From NCBI GenBank assembly GCA_903821695.1, contig CAIJLX010000053.1:13826-77825 (forward strand): a DNA stretch of 64,000 nt. The letters are read 5' to 3'. Position numbers and translations under genes: made by a program. Source of the stretch: an uncultured Alphaproteobacteria bacterium. GTDB lineage: Bacteria > Pseudomonadota > Alphaproteobacteria > Rickettsiales > CAIJLX01. The notes beneath the pieces were generated by a model. That model did no database searches and was not told where the DNA came from. It saw only the letters and a list, made by a program, of their open reading frames with translations. Position 1 is the stretch's first letter. Every line of letters begins with the position of its first letter. Below, one piece after another: positions 34,468 through 44,091 of the stretch.

Positions 34468-34574
34468 AACGGCATTATAGCCCCCAAAGGTTAAGGAATT
34501 ATGACAGTTTCTATTTTGCGTTGCACAGGCTTTTCCTTGTGCTATACCCTCTGCGTACCAATAACGGAGAGTCT

Positions 34575-35744
34575 ATGAATATCCATGAATACCAAGCAAA
34601 AGTGCTGTTACGCAAGTTTGGCGTGCCTGTTTCCGACGGTGTGGTCGGTTTGACCGCCCAAGAAGCTGAGAAGGGCATCCAGACAATGCCTGGGCCGCTC
34701 TATGTTGTGAAAGCGCAAATCCATGCTGGCGGCCGCGGAAAAGCGGGCGGCGTGAAGCTTGCGAAGTCCAAAGAGGAAGCAATTAAGCTCTCCAAAGAAA
34801 TGTTCGGCAAAATCCTCGTCACCCCACAAACGGGGCCTGAGGGCAAGCAAGTTCACCGGGTTTATATTGAGAACGGCTCCAACATCGAGAAAGAATATTA
34901 CATTTCTCTGGTCGTAGACCGTGCAACCAGCCGGGTGACCTTCATGGCTTCGACCGAAGGCGGCGTGGAAATTGAGGAAGTGGCACATAGCCATCCCGAG
35001 AAAATCATCACCGTTTCGGTAGATACCGCAGCAGGCCTGCAAGCACATCATCTGCGCAGCCTGGGCTTTGGTTTGAAGCTTGAGGGCGATTTGCTGAAGA
35101 AGTTTTACGGCTTCGCGAAAGCACTTTATGAAGCGTTCATCGGTTGCGATTGCAGCCAGCTTGAAATCAACCCCCTGATCGTGAATGACAAAGGCGAATG
35201 GCTCGCGCTCGATGCGAAAATCAACGTCGATGACAACGCGCTTTATCGTCACCCGGGCATTTTCGAAATGCGCGATAAAGATGAAGAAGATCCGCTGGAA
35301 GTGCGCGCGGCAGATGCTGGCCTTTCCTACATCAAAATGGATGGCAGCATTGGTTGCATGGTCAACGGCGCAGGCCTCGCAATGGCAACGATGGACATCA
35401 TTCAGCTTTACGGCGAAGCACCTGCGAACTTCTTGGATGTAGGCGGCGGGGCGACGAAAGAACGGGTGACCGAAGCGTTTAAAATTATTCTCTCTGATCC
35501 GAATGTGAAAGCGATTCTGGTCAATATTTTCGGCGGAATTATGCGCTGCGATGTGATCGCAGAAGGCATTATTTCGGCGGCGAAAGAACTGAAACTCACC
35601 GTACCGCTGATTGTGCGCCTGGAAGGAACCAACGTGGAAAAGGGCAAAGAAATCCTCTCCAAATCCGGCCTCGCGATCACCAGCGCCGACAACCTCGGCG
35701 ATGCCGCAGAAAAAGTAACCAAAGCTGTGAAAAAGGCAGCGTAA
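34575..35744 (+). CDS. sucC: Succinyl-CoA synthetase beta subunit
   Basis: [63 protein letters not shown]. The start is at ATG 34575. Confidence 0.97.
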   Translation: MNIHEYQAKVLLRKFGVPVSDGVVGLTAQEAEKGIQTMPGPLYVVKAQIHAGGRGKAGGVKLAKSKEEAIKLSKEMFGKILVTPQTGPEGKQVHRVYIENGSNIEKEYYISLVVDRATSRVTFMASTEGGVEIEEVAHSHPEKIITVSVDTAAGLQAHHLRSLGFGLKLEGDLLKKFYGFAKALYEAFIGCDCSQLEINPLIVNDKGEWLALDAKINVDDNALYRHPGIFEMRDKDEEDPLEVRAADAGLSYIKMDGSIGCMVNGAGLAMATMDIIQLYGEAPANFLDVGGGATKERVTEAFKIILSDPNVKAILVNIFGGIMRCDVIAEGIISAAKELKLTVPLIVRLEGTNVEKGKEILSKSGLAITSADNLGDAAEKVTKAVKKAA

Positions 35745-35754
35745 AGGAACTCAT

Positions 35755-36639
35755 ATGTCAATTCTCGTAAACAAAAACACCAAAGTCATCTGCCAAGGTT
35801 TTACTGGCAAAGAAGGCACCTATCACTCCGAGCAAGCAATTGCATACGGCACACAAATGGTTGGCGGCGTGACCCCCGGCAAAGGCGGCACGAAGCATTT
35901 GAACTTGCCGGTATATGATACCGTGCATGCAGCTGTTTCCAAAACGGGCGCGAATGCGTCGGTGATTTATGTTCCACCTCCGTTCGCTGCCGATGCAATT
36001 TTGGAAGCGATTGATGCGCGCGTTGAGCTCATCATCTGCATCACGGAAGGTATTCCGGTGCTAGACATGGTGAAAGTAAAGCGCGCATTGAGTGGCTCAA
36101 ACAGCCGCTTGATTGGCCCAAACTGCCCCGGCATCATCACCCCCGGCGAATGCAAAATCGGCATCATGCCCGGCCATATCCATAAAAAAGGCAAAATCGG
36201 CATCGTCAGCCGCTCTGGCACGTTGACCTATGAAGCCGTCAAACAAACCACCGATGCAGGCCTCGGCCAAACCACCTGCGTAGGTATCGGCGGCGATCCG
36301 GTGAAAGGCACCGAGCATATCGACGTGCTCGAAATGTTCCTCAAAGACCCTGAAACCGAAGCGATCATCATGATCGGCGAAATTGGTGGCTCTGCAGAAG
36401 AAGAAGCTGCAGCCTTCATCAAATCGAACAAAATCAAAAAGCCAATGGTCGGCTTCATCGCAGGCCGCACCGCTCCCCCAGGCCGCCGTATGGGCCATGC
36501 CGGCGCAATCGTTTCCGGTGGCAAAGGTGGTGCAGACGACAAAATCGAAGCCATGAAATCGGCTGGTATTGTTGTCTCCGATTCGCCAGCAGCACTCGGC
36601 GAAACCATGCTCCGCGTGTTGCAGAAAAAAGCGGCTTAA
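35755..36639 (+). CDS. sucD: Succinyl-CoA synthetase alpha subunit
   Basis: [63 protein letters not shown]. Confidence 0.97.
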   Translation: MSILVNKNTKVICQGFTGKEGTYHSEQAIAYGTQMVGGVTPGKGGTKHLNLPVYDTVHAAVSKTGANASVIYVPPPFAADAILEAIDARVELIICITEGIPVLDMVKVKRALSGSNSRLIGPNCPGIITPGECKIGIMPGHIHKKGKIGIVSRSGTLTYEAVKQTTDAGLGQTTCVGIGGDPVKGTEHIDVLEMFLKDPETEAIIMIGEIGGSAEEEAAAFIKSNKIKKPMVGFIAGRTAPPGRRMGHAGAIVSGGKGGADDKIEAMKSAGIVVSDSPAALGETMLRVLQKKAA

Positions 36640-36659
36640 CTATTTTAGTCACAGACGCA

Positions 36660-36696
36660 AAAAAGCCGGCGAGGAAATCCCCGCCGGCTTTTTGTT
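36660..36696 (+). terminator. Rho-independent terminator after sucD
   Basis: Stem AGCCGGCG/CGCCGGCT followed by TTTTTG. Confidence 0.8.
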
Positions 36697-36717
36697 ATCG
36701 ACTTTTTGTTAAGATAG

Positions 36718-37257
36718 CTAATCTCCCTGACTAATATTCACTCTCGTGGCAAAAGACATTAAAGCATGAGCAGCTATTGCTACATAGCCAAGAGTACCCA
36801 GAAGGGCAAAAAGGCCTACTGGCGTTTGGTGTGCACAATTAAATGACACCACTACCTCTACAAACGCCAACACTGCACCAAGATTGAGACCATAAGATAA
36901 TCTTTCAGACCATATAAACCTGAGCGGCGTCAAATTATCTTGTAGCCTAGGCAATGGTGACGCCGCGACTAACAGCATCATAATGGCAGTAAGCGTCCCC
37001 ATGAACGGAATTAGCGCCCCAAGCATTACCCATCCGCCAACACCATGCAACATCCACCAAATTAAAAATGGCGTAATTGCAAACGCAGCCGTCAGACAGA
37101 GCAATTTTAGGGTAACTTTGTGCTCCACCCACAACAGCACTACCAGAACCAATAGGAAAAACATTTCGATTCCTTCAACCAGAGCCAAGAACGCCCCATA
37201 GCTGTTTTCCCCGGCCGGAGAAAAACACCGGCTAGAGAGCAGCAGAATTGATTCCAT
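36718..37257 (-). CDS. Hypothetical polytopic membrane protein (179 aa)
   Basis: 4-5 hydrophobic segments. No motif recognised. Confidence 0.45.
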   Translation of the reverse strand: MESILLLSSRCFSPAGENSYGAFLALVEGIEMFFLLVLVVLLWVEHKVTLKLLCLTAAFAITPFLIWWMLHGVGGWVMLGALIPFMGTLTAIMMLLVAASPLPRLQDNLTPLRFIWSERLSYGLNLGAVLAFVEVVVSFNCAHQTPVGLFALLGTLGYVAIAAHALMSFATRVNISQGD

Positions 37258-37301
37258 TAAAGCAGAGAAATGTGACGTTTCGATGACAATTTCTGGCTAA
37301 A

Positions 37302-39122
37302 TTAGGCTTTTAGCGCGCTCTGAACTTCCTCCGCCGTCTTACGGTTAATCCCCGGAACTTGGGCGATTTCGGCTAAAGTGGCCTCTTTTATGCCTTCTAC
37401 GCCGCCAAAATGCTGCAATAGGGCCTTTTTCCGTTTGGCGCCAATGCCGGGGATGCTGTCTAGGACGGAGGTGGTGAGGGCTTTGCTCCGGCGGTTGCGG
37501 TGGGTGGAGATGGCGAAGCGGTGAGCTTCGTCGCGCAAGCGCTGGAGGAAATGGAGCACAGGGGTGCCGTGGGTTAGGCGGAAGCTGGGCTTGCCGGGGA
37601 GGTGGAATTCTTCGTTGCCGGCGTTGCGGTCTGGGCCTTTGGAGATACAGGCGTATGGGATATTGGTAACGCCCAATTCCTCGAAAATTTTGCTGACGAC
37701 GGCTAGATGTGCCGAACCACCATCGATTAGAATCAGATCGGGGATTTTTTCGTCGTCTTTTTCTTTGAGGATTTTTTTGAGGCGTTTGGTGAACACAAAG
37801 CGCATCATCGCAAAATCATCGCCGCCGCCTAATTGATCTTCCAGCCAATAATGGCGATATTCGTTTTTGAGGAAGCCTTCGGGGCCGGAGACAATCATCG
37901 CCCCCACCGGCAATTGGCCGGAGATATGGCTGTTATCATAGACTTCAATCCGCTGCGGGATATCCTTGAGGCCGAAAATATTGGCGACTTCTTTCAGCAT
38001 CACCCGGTTTTTGGCCTCGACCTGGTGTTTATGCTCTAATGCCGCCGTCGCATTGGCATAAATTTGGGTGACTAATTCAGCTTTCGTTCCACGTTGCGGC
38101 ATCTCAATTTTGACTGAGCGCTCGCTGAGGGTAGACAGAGCCTCTTCCATCAACTCCACATTTTCAGGGGCAGTATTGAGCAGCAATAAAGCTGGTGGCG
38201 GCGTAAGCTGATAATGCTGAGCGAGGAAGTCTTCCATGATCTCGGCGGAGGTTGCATCCTCCGTATGTTTTGGGAAAATCGCCCGGTTGCCGCAGGCCTG
38301 ACCGCCGCGGATGCTGAATAGATCGATCACGCAGCCTTGTTCGGAATGGTGAAGCGCAATTACATCCGTATCGCCCAAGTCCTCTACCCGGAAACTTTGT
38401 TTACTTTGCAACGAAGAGAGCGATTTCAGGCGATCTCGCAATTGCGCCGCCAGCTCATATTGCATGTTATTACTTGCTGCTTCCATCTGCGCTGCAAGCC
38501 GCTCTTTGACTGCGTGTTGCTGACCTTTGAGGAAGGCTGCAACTTCCTGAACCTGTTTGCCATATTCCTCGACCCCTATTTTTCCTACGCACGGCGCAGA
38601 ACAGCGGCGGATTTGATATTCCAGGCATGGCCTTGTGCGTTTGGCGAAGAAACTATCCTTACATGGTCTTACCAGGAAGGTGCGTTGTAGGAAGCGGATG
38701 TTTTCGTTCACATCTTTACCCGAGGCGAAGGGACCAAAATAGAGATCGCCCGCTGTTTTTGCCCCGCGATGCTTGGCGATCCGCGGATATTCATGGTTCA
38801 TCGAAATGGTGATGAAGGGGAAGGATTTGTCATCCTTAAGCAACACATTATAACGGGGCTTTAATTTGCGCACGAGTTGGGCTTCGAGCAATAACGCCTC
38901 AGCTTCGGTGCGGGTGGTGATGAATTCCATCTTGGCGGTGAGGAAAATCATCCGCATGAGGCGGTAGGGGTGTTTTTCGGGGGTGGTATAGGCCGTCACC
39001 CGTTTTTTGAGGTTTTTGGCCTTGCCGATATAAAGCGCCTCGCCCTGCTCGCCGAGCATGCGATAGACGCCCGGGGTTTCCGGCAAATGGTTTAGGAAGT
39101 TTTTGATAATCTCGGCGGGCAT
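37302..39122 (-). CDS. uvrC: Excinuclease ABC subunit C
   Basis: GIY-YIG domain (PGVYRMLGEQGEALYIGKAKNLKKRV), UVR domain, endonuclease V-like region, and C-terminal (HhH)2 SIPGIGAKRKKALL. Confidence 0.95.
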   Translation of the reverse strand: MPAEIIKNFLNHLPETPGVYRMLGEQGEALYIGKAKNLKKRVTAYTTPEKHPYRLMRMIFLTAKMEFITTRTEAEALLLEAQLVRKLKPRYNVLLKDDKSFPFITISMNHEYPRIAKHRGAKTAGDLYFGPFASGKDVNENIRFLQRTFLVRPCKDSFFAKRTRPCLEYQIRRCSAPCVGKIGVEEYGKQVQEVAAFLKGQQHAVKERLAAQMEAASNNMQYELAAQLRDRLKSLSSLQSKQSFRVEDLGDTDVIALHHSEQGCVIDLFSIRGGQACGNRAIFPKHTEDATSAEIMEDFLAQHYQLTPPPALLLLNTAPENVELMEEALSTLSERSVKIEMPQRGTKAELVTQIYANATAALEHKHQVEAKNRVMLKEVANIFGLKDIPQRIEVYDNSHISGQLPVGAMIVSGPEGFLKNEYRHYWLEDQLGGGDDFAMMRFVFTKRLKKILKEKDDEKIPDLILIDGGSAHLAVVSKIFEELGVTNIPYACISKGPDRNAGNEEFHLPGKPSFRLTHGTPVLHFLQRLRDEAHRFAISTHRNRRSKALTTSVLDSIPGIGAKRKKALLQHFGGVEGIKEATLAEIAQVPGINRKTAEEVQSALKA

Positions 39123-39408
39123 ATCCTCTCTTATACCTTAGATATATGATTGCAAAATGGCAGTTTTCCAATACTCCCAAAAACCTGAACTATTTTTCCA
39201 CGGAATCTGTGGATAACTATGTGGAACGTTTAGGGCTGGAACGAAAAAACCTAGGAAGTTCCTAGGGTCTCGTCCAGTTGCCTAAAAAATAGGCATCTGG
39301 CTATAACTCATTGTATTTTATAGATAAATATTATTTATGGCTTTTTTACATTGTTGCGAAAACAACAATTGACTTTGGTTTTTAGCGGTTGCAGCACGCT
39401 TGTGTACA

Positions 39409-41478
39409 TCATGCAGAGATTTCCCGGCTATCGCCGCTGATTATATCGGCCAGCGGATGCACCGGAAACGCTTGAGTTTGCTCAAAACGCAACGATCCGC
39501 GATAGCCCGTGATCTCGCCATAGTTGTTATAAATGCCAGCGATCTGTTGTTGCTCATCATCTGAGAATGGTTTTTGGGAACGAATGACCAAATCGAACTC
39601 TTTCTCCTTCGGCTGGTTAAAGAACAGCCCATCAAGTTGGATAGATCCCAAACTATGTGTTTCGAGCTCAACCACAAAACGTGTGCCATCGCCACCATCT
39701 TTATCCTGCGCCTCCCGTTCCTGCTTGCGTTTAAACCAACGCATATGCTGCATCTCATCACCCTGCATCACAGGCACCAGCATAAAGCTCCATTGCGGCG
39801 GAGGGGCTTCAGCCATAGCCACTTTGAGGCTAGAAAACTCTGGCGTAGTGCGGTTCAGGTTCAATTGCTCCACCATTTCTTTAGGCAGCACCTGGCGAAT
39901 ATTTTCCGGCAACGTATCCTGTTTAATACCAGCGATAAATTGCAGGATTTTATTACCAAATTGGCGGCCTGGCTGAGGGATCATCTCCTCCGCCACATCT
40001 TTGGCCATATGGGTGCTCATGCCCGTTATCTGCTTGAATAACATATCGAGCGCGGTGCTGCCTTTTACCAAGGCATCGGTTGCCGGATTGCCGGTCTGGA
40101 ACGAACGCGGAAGCTGGCTCGCGGCATAAATATCTTGTGCATGCTCAATATCGCTCACCTGCAAAGTAAGTTGCGTTCCTTTGGGCAGAGGGACATCTGC
40201 TGGTAAACGCAATGTCGCAACCGAGGTTTGTACAATCGCGCTGCCATCCGGTTCCTGTGCAATCACAACACCGGATAAAGTATTTGCAGTAGCTGGGGCA
40301 GCGGCAGAAGGCTTCGGCTGCATCGGCAATGTCGGCGTTGTAACAAACGGCCCTTCCTCAGCTGGCGAAGCAAACAGAGATGAGGCGGCCGGTGACAAAG
40401 GCGGCTGGGTTTGTGCTGTTTCCTGTGGGTCTGGTTGTGGCAGAGTACTGGTGCTGGCAAGAAATTGCTGCAATACATTCACCTCCTCCACCGGCGCGGC
40501 AGAGGGCATTGTAGCCGCTGGAGTGGCTGGAGTGGTTGCTATTTGTGGATTATTGCCTGCCATTGGCAGGTTATTAGGAGCAGGCACAGCAGGTGCTTTG
40601 GTTTGAGTAAAAGCGGTGGTTAATAACGGCACCTCAGCAGTTTCCTGGGTTTCCGGCGAAGGTTGAGCCACCAATGTGCCACCGGTGATTTTGAGGGTCA
40701 GCACATCGCCGGTTTTAATCTGGCTTACCGACTCTTCTGGCTGCGTTTGCTCTGGCGCCACCTGCCCCAATGTAGCTGCGATGGGGTCGAATTCTGCATT
40801 CTGTGGCGCCGGTGCAACTGGCATCGGAAGCGCCGGTGTGTTTAAGACAGTGGCTTTAAACGTGGCACGGTTCTGGAGAGGCGAAGGATCATATTCCACC
40901 GCCTCGGCATCAAATACCGAGCTAGGAGTCGTGTTGTTTTGCTGAATCGGCTTGGGGGTCTGCGGGAAAACCGCGCGCAAATAGAGCCCACCAATGGCTG
41001 GTTGGATTGGTTGTTGGCCTGGTTGCGGCTGCGTTTGCTGTGCTCTTTCCGCCGTATTAGTCGCGCTAGAGGCCGCTTGCGGGAACACATTTTCAGCCAG
41101 CACACCATTCACCCGCACCAATCGTACATCAAGCGGCAGGGCAGAAGGCGGCGGTGGTGGCGCACCCGGCACACGTTGCGGCAGGGCTTGGGCGGGTAAG
41201 GTTTCGAGGGTTAATTGCTGCCCGACCGTCAGCGGCAATGCACTGTTAAACACCACCTGCCCTTGCGGTGTTTGTAACAACACCTGGCCCTTGGGGTTAG
41301 CGGCCAACACCACCGCTGTAATGATCTGCCCACCCGGAGATTGCAATATCGCCTGGGGAACATTCGGTATGCCGCTACCCGTAATAAACGCCTGCAATGC
41401 CGCCACCAACGAAGGCGGCTGCACCGGCGGGGTCGCCATCGAGGTTAAATTGGCAAGGGTGTTAATATTCTCGACCAT
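39409..41478 (-). CDS. fliK: Flagellar hook-length control protein FliK-like (Pro/Gln/Ala-rich)
   Basis: Long low-complexity Pro/Gln-rich body. The C-terminal region TRFVVELETHSLGSIQLDGLFFNQ...FDLVIRS resembles the Flg_hook domain. Confidence 0.6.
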   Translation of the reverse strand: MVENINTLANLTSMATPPVQPPSLVAALQAFITGSGIPNVPQAILQSPGGQIITAVVLAANPKGQVLLQTPQGQVVFNSALPLTVGQQLTLETLPAQALPQRVPGAPPPPPSALPLDVRLVRVNGVLAENVFPQAASSATNTAERAQQTQPQPGQQPIQPAIGGLYLRAVFPQTPKPIQQNNTTPSSVFDAEAVEYDPSPLQNRATFKATVLNTPALPMPVAPAPQNAEFDPIAATLGQVAPEQTQPEESVSQIKTGDVLTLKITGGTLVAQPSPETQETAEVPLLTTAFTQTKAPAVPAPNNLPMAGNNPQIATTPATPAATMPSAAPVEEVNVLQQFLASTSTLPQPDPQETAQTQPPLSPAASSLFASPAEEGPFVTTPTLPMQPKPSAAAPATANTLSGVVIAQEPDGSAIVQTSVATLRLPADVPLPKGTQLTLQVSDIEHAQDIYAASQLPRSFQTGNPATDALVKGSTALDMLFKQITGMSTHMAKDVAEEMIPQPGRQFGNKILQFIAGIKQDTLPENIRQVLPKEMVEQLNLNRTTPEFSSLKVAMAEAPPPQWSFMLVPVMQGDEMQHMRWFKRKQEREAQDKDGGDGTRFVVELETHSLGSIQLDGLFFNQPKEKEFDLVIRSQKPFSDDEQQQIAGIYNNYGEITGYRGSLRFEQTQAFPVHPLADIISGDSREISA

Positions 41479-41576
41479 CCGCCCATTATATACGAAATTT
41501 AGCCCAGTTTCTCATGAAACGTGCTGGCTTAAATTTCCGGTTGATCAAGTGCTTGGCAGCTTGTAGTTGATTATGG

Positions 41577-42425
41577 ATGAGCCTCGAAGAATTACGGACA
41601 AAAATTGATACGGTGGATGATGAGCTGTTAGCGCTGTTTAAAAAGCGCATGGAGTTCGTGAAGCAAGTTGGCAAGCTGAAAACCGAAAGTGGCACCAAAG
41701 GCTCACTCATTCGCCCTGCGCGGGAAGCGACAATGATGCGCAAGCTCGTGGCGGCTGGTAGCGAGGTTTTTTCGCGTGGTATTATTTATAACATCTGGCG
41801 GGCGATTATTGCGGGCTCGACCCAGCAAGAAGCGCCGTTTACCCTCTCTATTTTTAGCCCCGATGAGAACAAAACGGCTTATTGGCTGGCGCGGGAATAT
41901 TTTGGGGCGGATACGCCTTGCAAGTTTCATCTGAATCCCCTGCCCGCTTTGCATGAGGTTGCTTCTAACCCTAGCATTGTCGGCATCTTCCCGCTTTCGC
42001 TGCATCGTGGGCGACCATGGTGGGCTGACCTTGCCACCATGCATAATCCGCCAAATATTTTCGCGATATTGCCCTTTGCCGGCAAGCCGCCCTTTGAAAT
42101 TGAAACCATCGTCGCGCTCGCGCATACGCCACAGGAGGAAACGGGGCAAGATATCACCCTGGTCGTAGTTGAAGATGCAAAAAGCATCAGCCGCGAATCC
42201 ATCCAGCAGCACTTCGCCAAAAACGGCATCCCCTCGCGCGATATTTTGAAATATGAAGAGGGCACAGGCGTTAATGTGCGCCGTTATCAGCTTTTCCTGT
42301 GCGAAGGGTTTTATACCCCAAAAAGCTCCGAAATCGCCACGGTGAGCCAAAGCCTTAATGCACTCAACACCGCCGATTCACCGCTAAAAATCAGCGTTAT
42401 CGGCCAATATGGCGTGCCGCTTTAA
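41577..42425 (+). CDS. Chorismate mutase-domain protein with a ~190-aa C-terminal extension
   Basis: AroQ-type CM N-terminus: LEELRTKIDTVDDELLALFKKRMEFVKQVGKLK...IRPAREATMMRKL. The C-terminal part is unassigned and could be a degenerate prephenate-dehydratase-like region. Confidence 0.7.
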   Translation: MSLEELRTKIDTVDDELLALFKKRMEFVKQVGKLKTESGTKGSLIRPAREATMMRKLVAAGSEVFSRGIIYNIWRAIIAGSTQQEAPFTLSIFSPDENKTAYWLAREYFGADTPCKFHLNPLPALHEVASNPSIVGIFPLSLHRGRPWWADLATMHNPPNIFAILPFAGKPPFEIETIVALAHTPQEETGQDITLVVVEDAKSISRESIQQHFAKNGIPSRDILKYEEGTGVNVRRYQLFLCEGFYTPKSSEIATVSQSLNALNTADSPLKISVIGQYGVPL

Positions 42426-42730
42426 AGCAGCGGCGCGTTTTCTTCTTCCTGAACTGCGGCACGGGCGGTCAAAAATTTCGCCAATTTACGCACGCGTTTG
42501 ACGTTGGCTTTATAAATCACCGAACGACCCTCTTTATGGGATTCGAGCAATCTTGCGGCGGAAAGCTGCGAGAGATGGAAGGAAAGGGTCGCAGGTGCGA
42601 TATGCAATTGCTCAGCGATAGAACCCGCGGAAAGACCGGCTTCGCCTTGTTCCATCAGCAGACGGAAAATGAGCAAACGTGACTCCTGCGCGAGCGCATC
42701 TAAGGCGGTAACAGCTTTATTTAATTTCAT
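42422..42730 (-). CDS. ArsR/SmtB-family transcriptional regulator
   Basis: ALAQESRLLIFRLLMEQGEAGLSAGSIAEQLHIAPATLSFHLSQL is the canonical ArsR HTH. Confidence 0.85.
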   Translation of the reverse strand: MKLNKAVTALDALAQESRLLIFRLLMEQGEAGLSAGSIAEQLHIAPATLSFHLSQLSAARLLESHKEGRSVIYKANVKRVRKLAKFLTARAAVQEEENAPLL

Positions 42731-42750
42731 AGTTCTATACTCATCGAAAT

Positions 42751-42769
42751 ATAATTATTGCATAATTGT
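42751..42769. promoter_or_regulatory. Candidate ArsR operator (two ATAATT(A/G)T units spaced by 3 nt)
   Basis: ATAATTATtgcATAATTGT lies between the ArsR start codon and the divergent promoter. Confidence 0.35.
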
Positions 42770-42779
42770 AGAAATATTG

Positions 42780-42808
42780 TTGACGCCGCAGTTTTCCTTA
42801 TGTATAAG
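42780..42808 (+). promoter_or_regulatory. Sigma-70-like promoter divergent from the ArsR gene
   Basis: TTGACG, 17 nt, TATAAG. Confidence 0.5.
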
Positions 42809-42865
42809 AACCCCGAACCTGCTGGAACAGGCTCAAATTGGAACAAAGAACAGAGAGAGTTATAT

Positions 42866-42952
42866 ATGATTTTTAGTGGTTTATACATGATTTCCTACTA
42901 CGCAGTAAGCTCATTGGTTGATGTTGTTCAGAGTGGCTTCAGCGTCCTTTAA
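42866..42952 (+). CDS. Candidate small hydrophobic peptide (28 aa) within a ~250-nt promoter-to-terminator unit
   Basis: MIFSGLYMISYYAVSSLVDVVQSGFSVL is preceded by GAGAGAG. It lies downstream of the predicted promoter and upstream of a strong terminator. Coding status is uncertain and it could be an sRNA. Confidence 0.3.
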   Translation: MIFSGLYMISYYAVSSLVDVVQSGFSVL

Positions 42953-43046
42953 TCTTATTCACTGCGGTTTGGGTTGGGTATTTCCCGCCTACGCGGGACC
43001 AACATATTAAACAACCTTGCACCCCCCCTTCGCAAGTTTCTATTTT

Positions 43047-43070
43047 AACCGCCAGATGTGGCGGTTTTTT
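43047..43070 (+). terminator. Rho-independent terminator
   Basis: AACCGCC-agatgt-GGCGGTT followed by TTTTTT. Confidence 0.75.
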
Positions 43071-43102
43071 ATTCTCTTTTCCAATTCGTCAGCGCAAATA
43101 TC

Positions 43103-43681
43103 TTAAGTCTGCGGAATAGTTTCTTTCACTGAAGGACGATCCGCTAGTTTTTCAGCCCATCTTGCAAGCCGACGATGGGTTTTTCTCCAGCCGAAATTCG
43201 GCATCCGTAAATCGAGATAACCGAGCGCCGTAATCAGCGTGATTTGATCGATTGTAAATGCCTTGGCGAATTTCTCTTTCTCGAACACATCGAGCGCGCG
43301 GCTAATTGCACGGTGCTGACGATCGATCCATGGTTGATGCTGTTTGTCTTCTGGGCGGCGGATTTCCAACACATACCGAATCAGCGCGTCCATCATACCG
43401 ATGGCCAACGCATCACGACGTAAGATTACCGGCTTGTTGGAAAGCACTTTGGGCTTTTTCACGATCGATTCGAGATAGGTGCAAATGTGGCCAGATTCGC
43501 CCAGTGCGGTGCCATCATCCAATTCTAACGTAGGCACTTTGCCAATGGCGTTGGCTTTGTGCAAAGCTGGCGGATCATCGCTTGCGGCTGTTACAATCAG
43601 CTCCAGCGGAATATTTTTTTCCATCGCCACAATGCGCACTTTGCGCGCATAAGGGGAGGCATCTGAATAATAGAGTTTCAT
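43103..43681 (-). CDS. Glutathione S-transferase
   Basis: MKLYYSDASPYARKVRI, GKVPTLELDDG, ESGHICTYL; GST N- and C-domain layout. Confidence 0.85.
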   Translation of the reverse strand: MKLYYSDASPYARKVRIVAMEKNIPLELIVTAASDDPPALHKANAIGKVPTLELDDGTALGESGHICTYLESIVKKPKVLSNKPVILRRDALAIGMMDALIRYVLEIRRPEDKQHQPWIDRQHRAISRALDVFEKEKFAKAFTIDQITLITALGYLDLRMPNFGWRKTHRRLARWAEKLADRPSVKETIPQT

Positions 43682-43710
43682 CTTCGTCTCCGTTTGTTAA
43701 TACTGGTACT

Positions 43711-44091
43711 ATGCATACATTCAAAACATCATACCGCGTCTATTATGAAGATACCGATGCCGGTGGCGTTGTCTATTACGCAAATTACCTAAAATTCGCC
43801 GAACGCGCCCGCACCGATTATTTGCGCGAAAAAGGAATCAACCAATCAAGCTTAGTGGCCGAACAAGGCATCGTCTTCGTCGTCCACGCCGTCGAAGCAC
43901 AATACCACGCACCGGGCCGATTAGATGATCTGCTCGATGTCACCGCCTCGATCGCCGAAATCAAAAACACCAGCCTCACCATGCAACAAGAAATTTCCAC
44001 CGGCGGAAAAAAACTCTGTTCGATCTCCACCCGCATCGTCTGCGTCAACCGCGAGATGAAACCAACAAGGCTACCGGATATTTTTAATTAG
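43711..44091 (+). CDS. ybgC: YbgC/4HBT-family acyl-CoA thioesterase
   Basis: YRVYYEDTDAGGVVYYANYLKFAERARTDYLR. The start is at ATG 43711. Confidence 0.85.
   Translation: MHTFKTSYRVYYEDTDAGGVVYYANYLKFAERARTDYLREKGINQSSLVAEQGIVFVVHAVEAQYHAPGRLDDLLDVTASIAEIKNTSLTMQQEISTGGKKLCSISTRIVCVNREMKPTRLPDIFN

Noticed and set aside
39123-39408. Chromosomal replication origin, considered because of the DnaA boxes in an AT-rich gap.
   Set aside because: There is only one perfect box and two degenerate ones, with no obvious tandem AT-rich 13-mer-like unwinding element. The flanking genes (uvrC, fliK) are not the usual alphaproteobacterial origin neighbours such as hemE, dnaA and parAB. A regulatory role is more likely.
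39533-41566. Multiple 70-190-aa plus-strand ORFs antisense to the fliK-like gene (for example 40994..41566 and 40181..40606).
   Set aside because: They are typical artefacts of a GC-rich, Pro/Ala/Gln-rich low-complexity gene. They have no motifs and are mutually overlapping.
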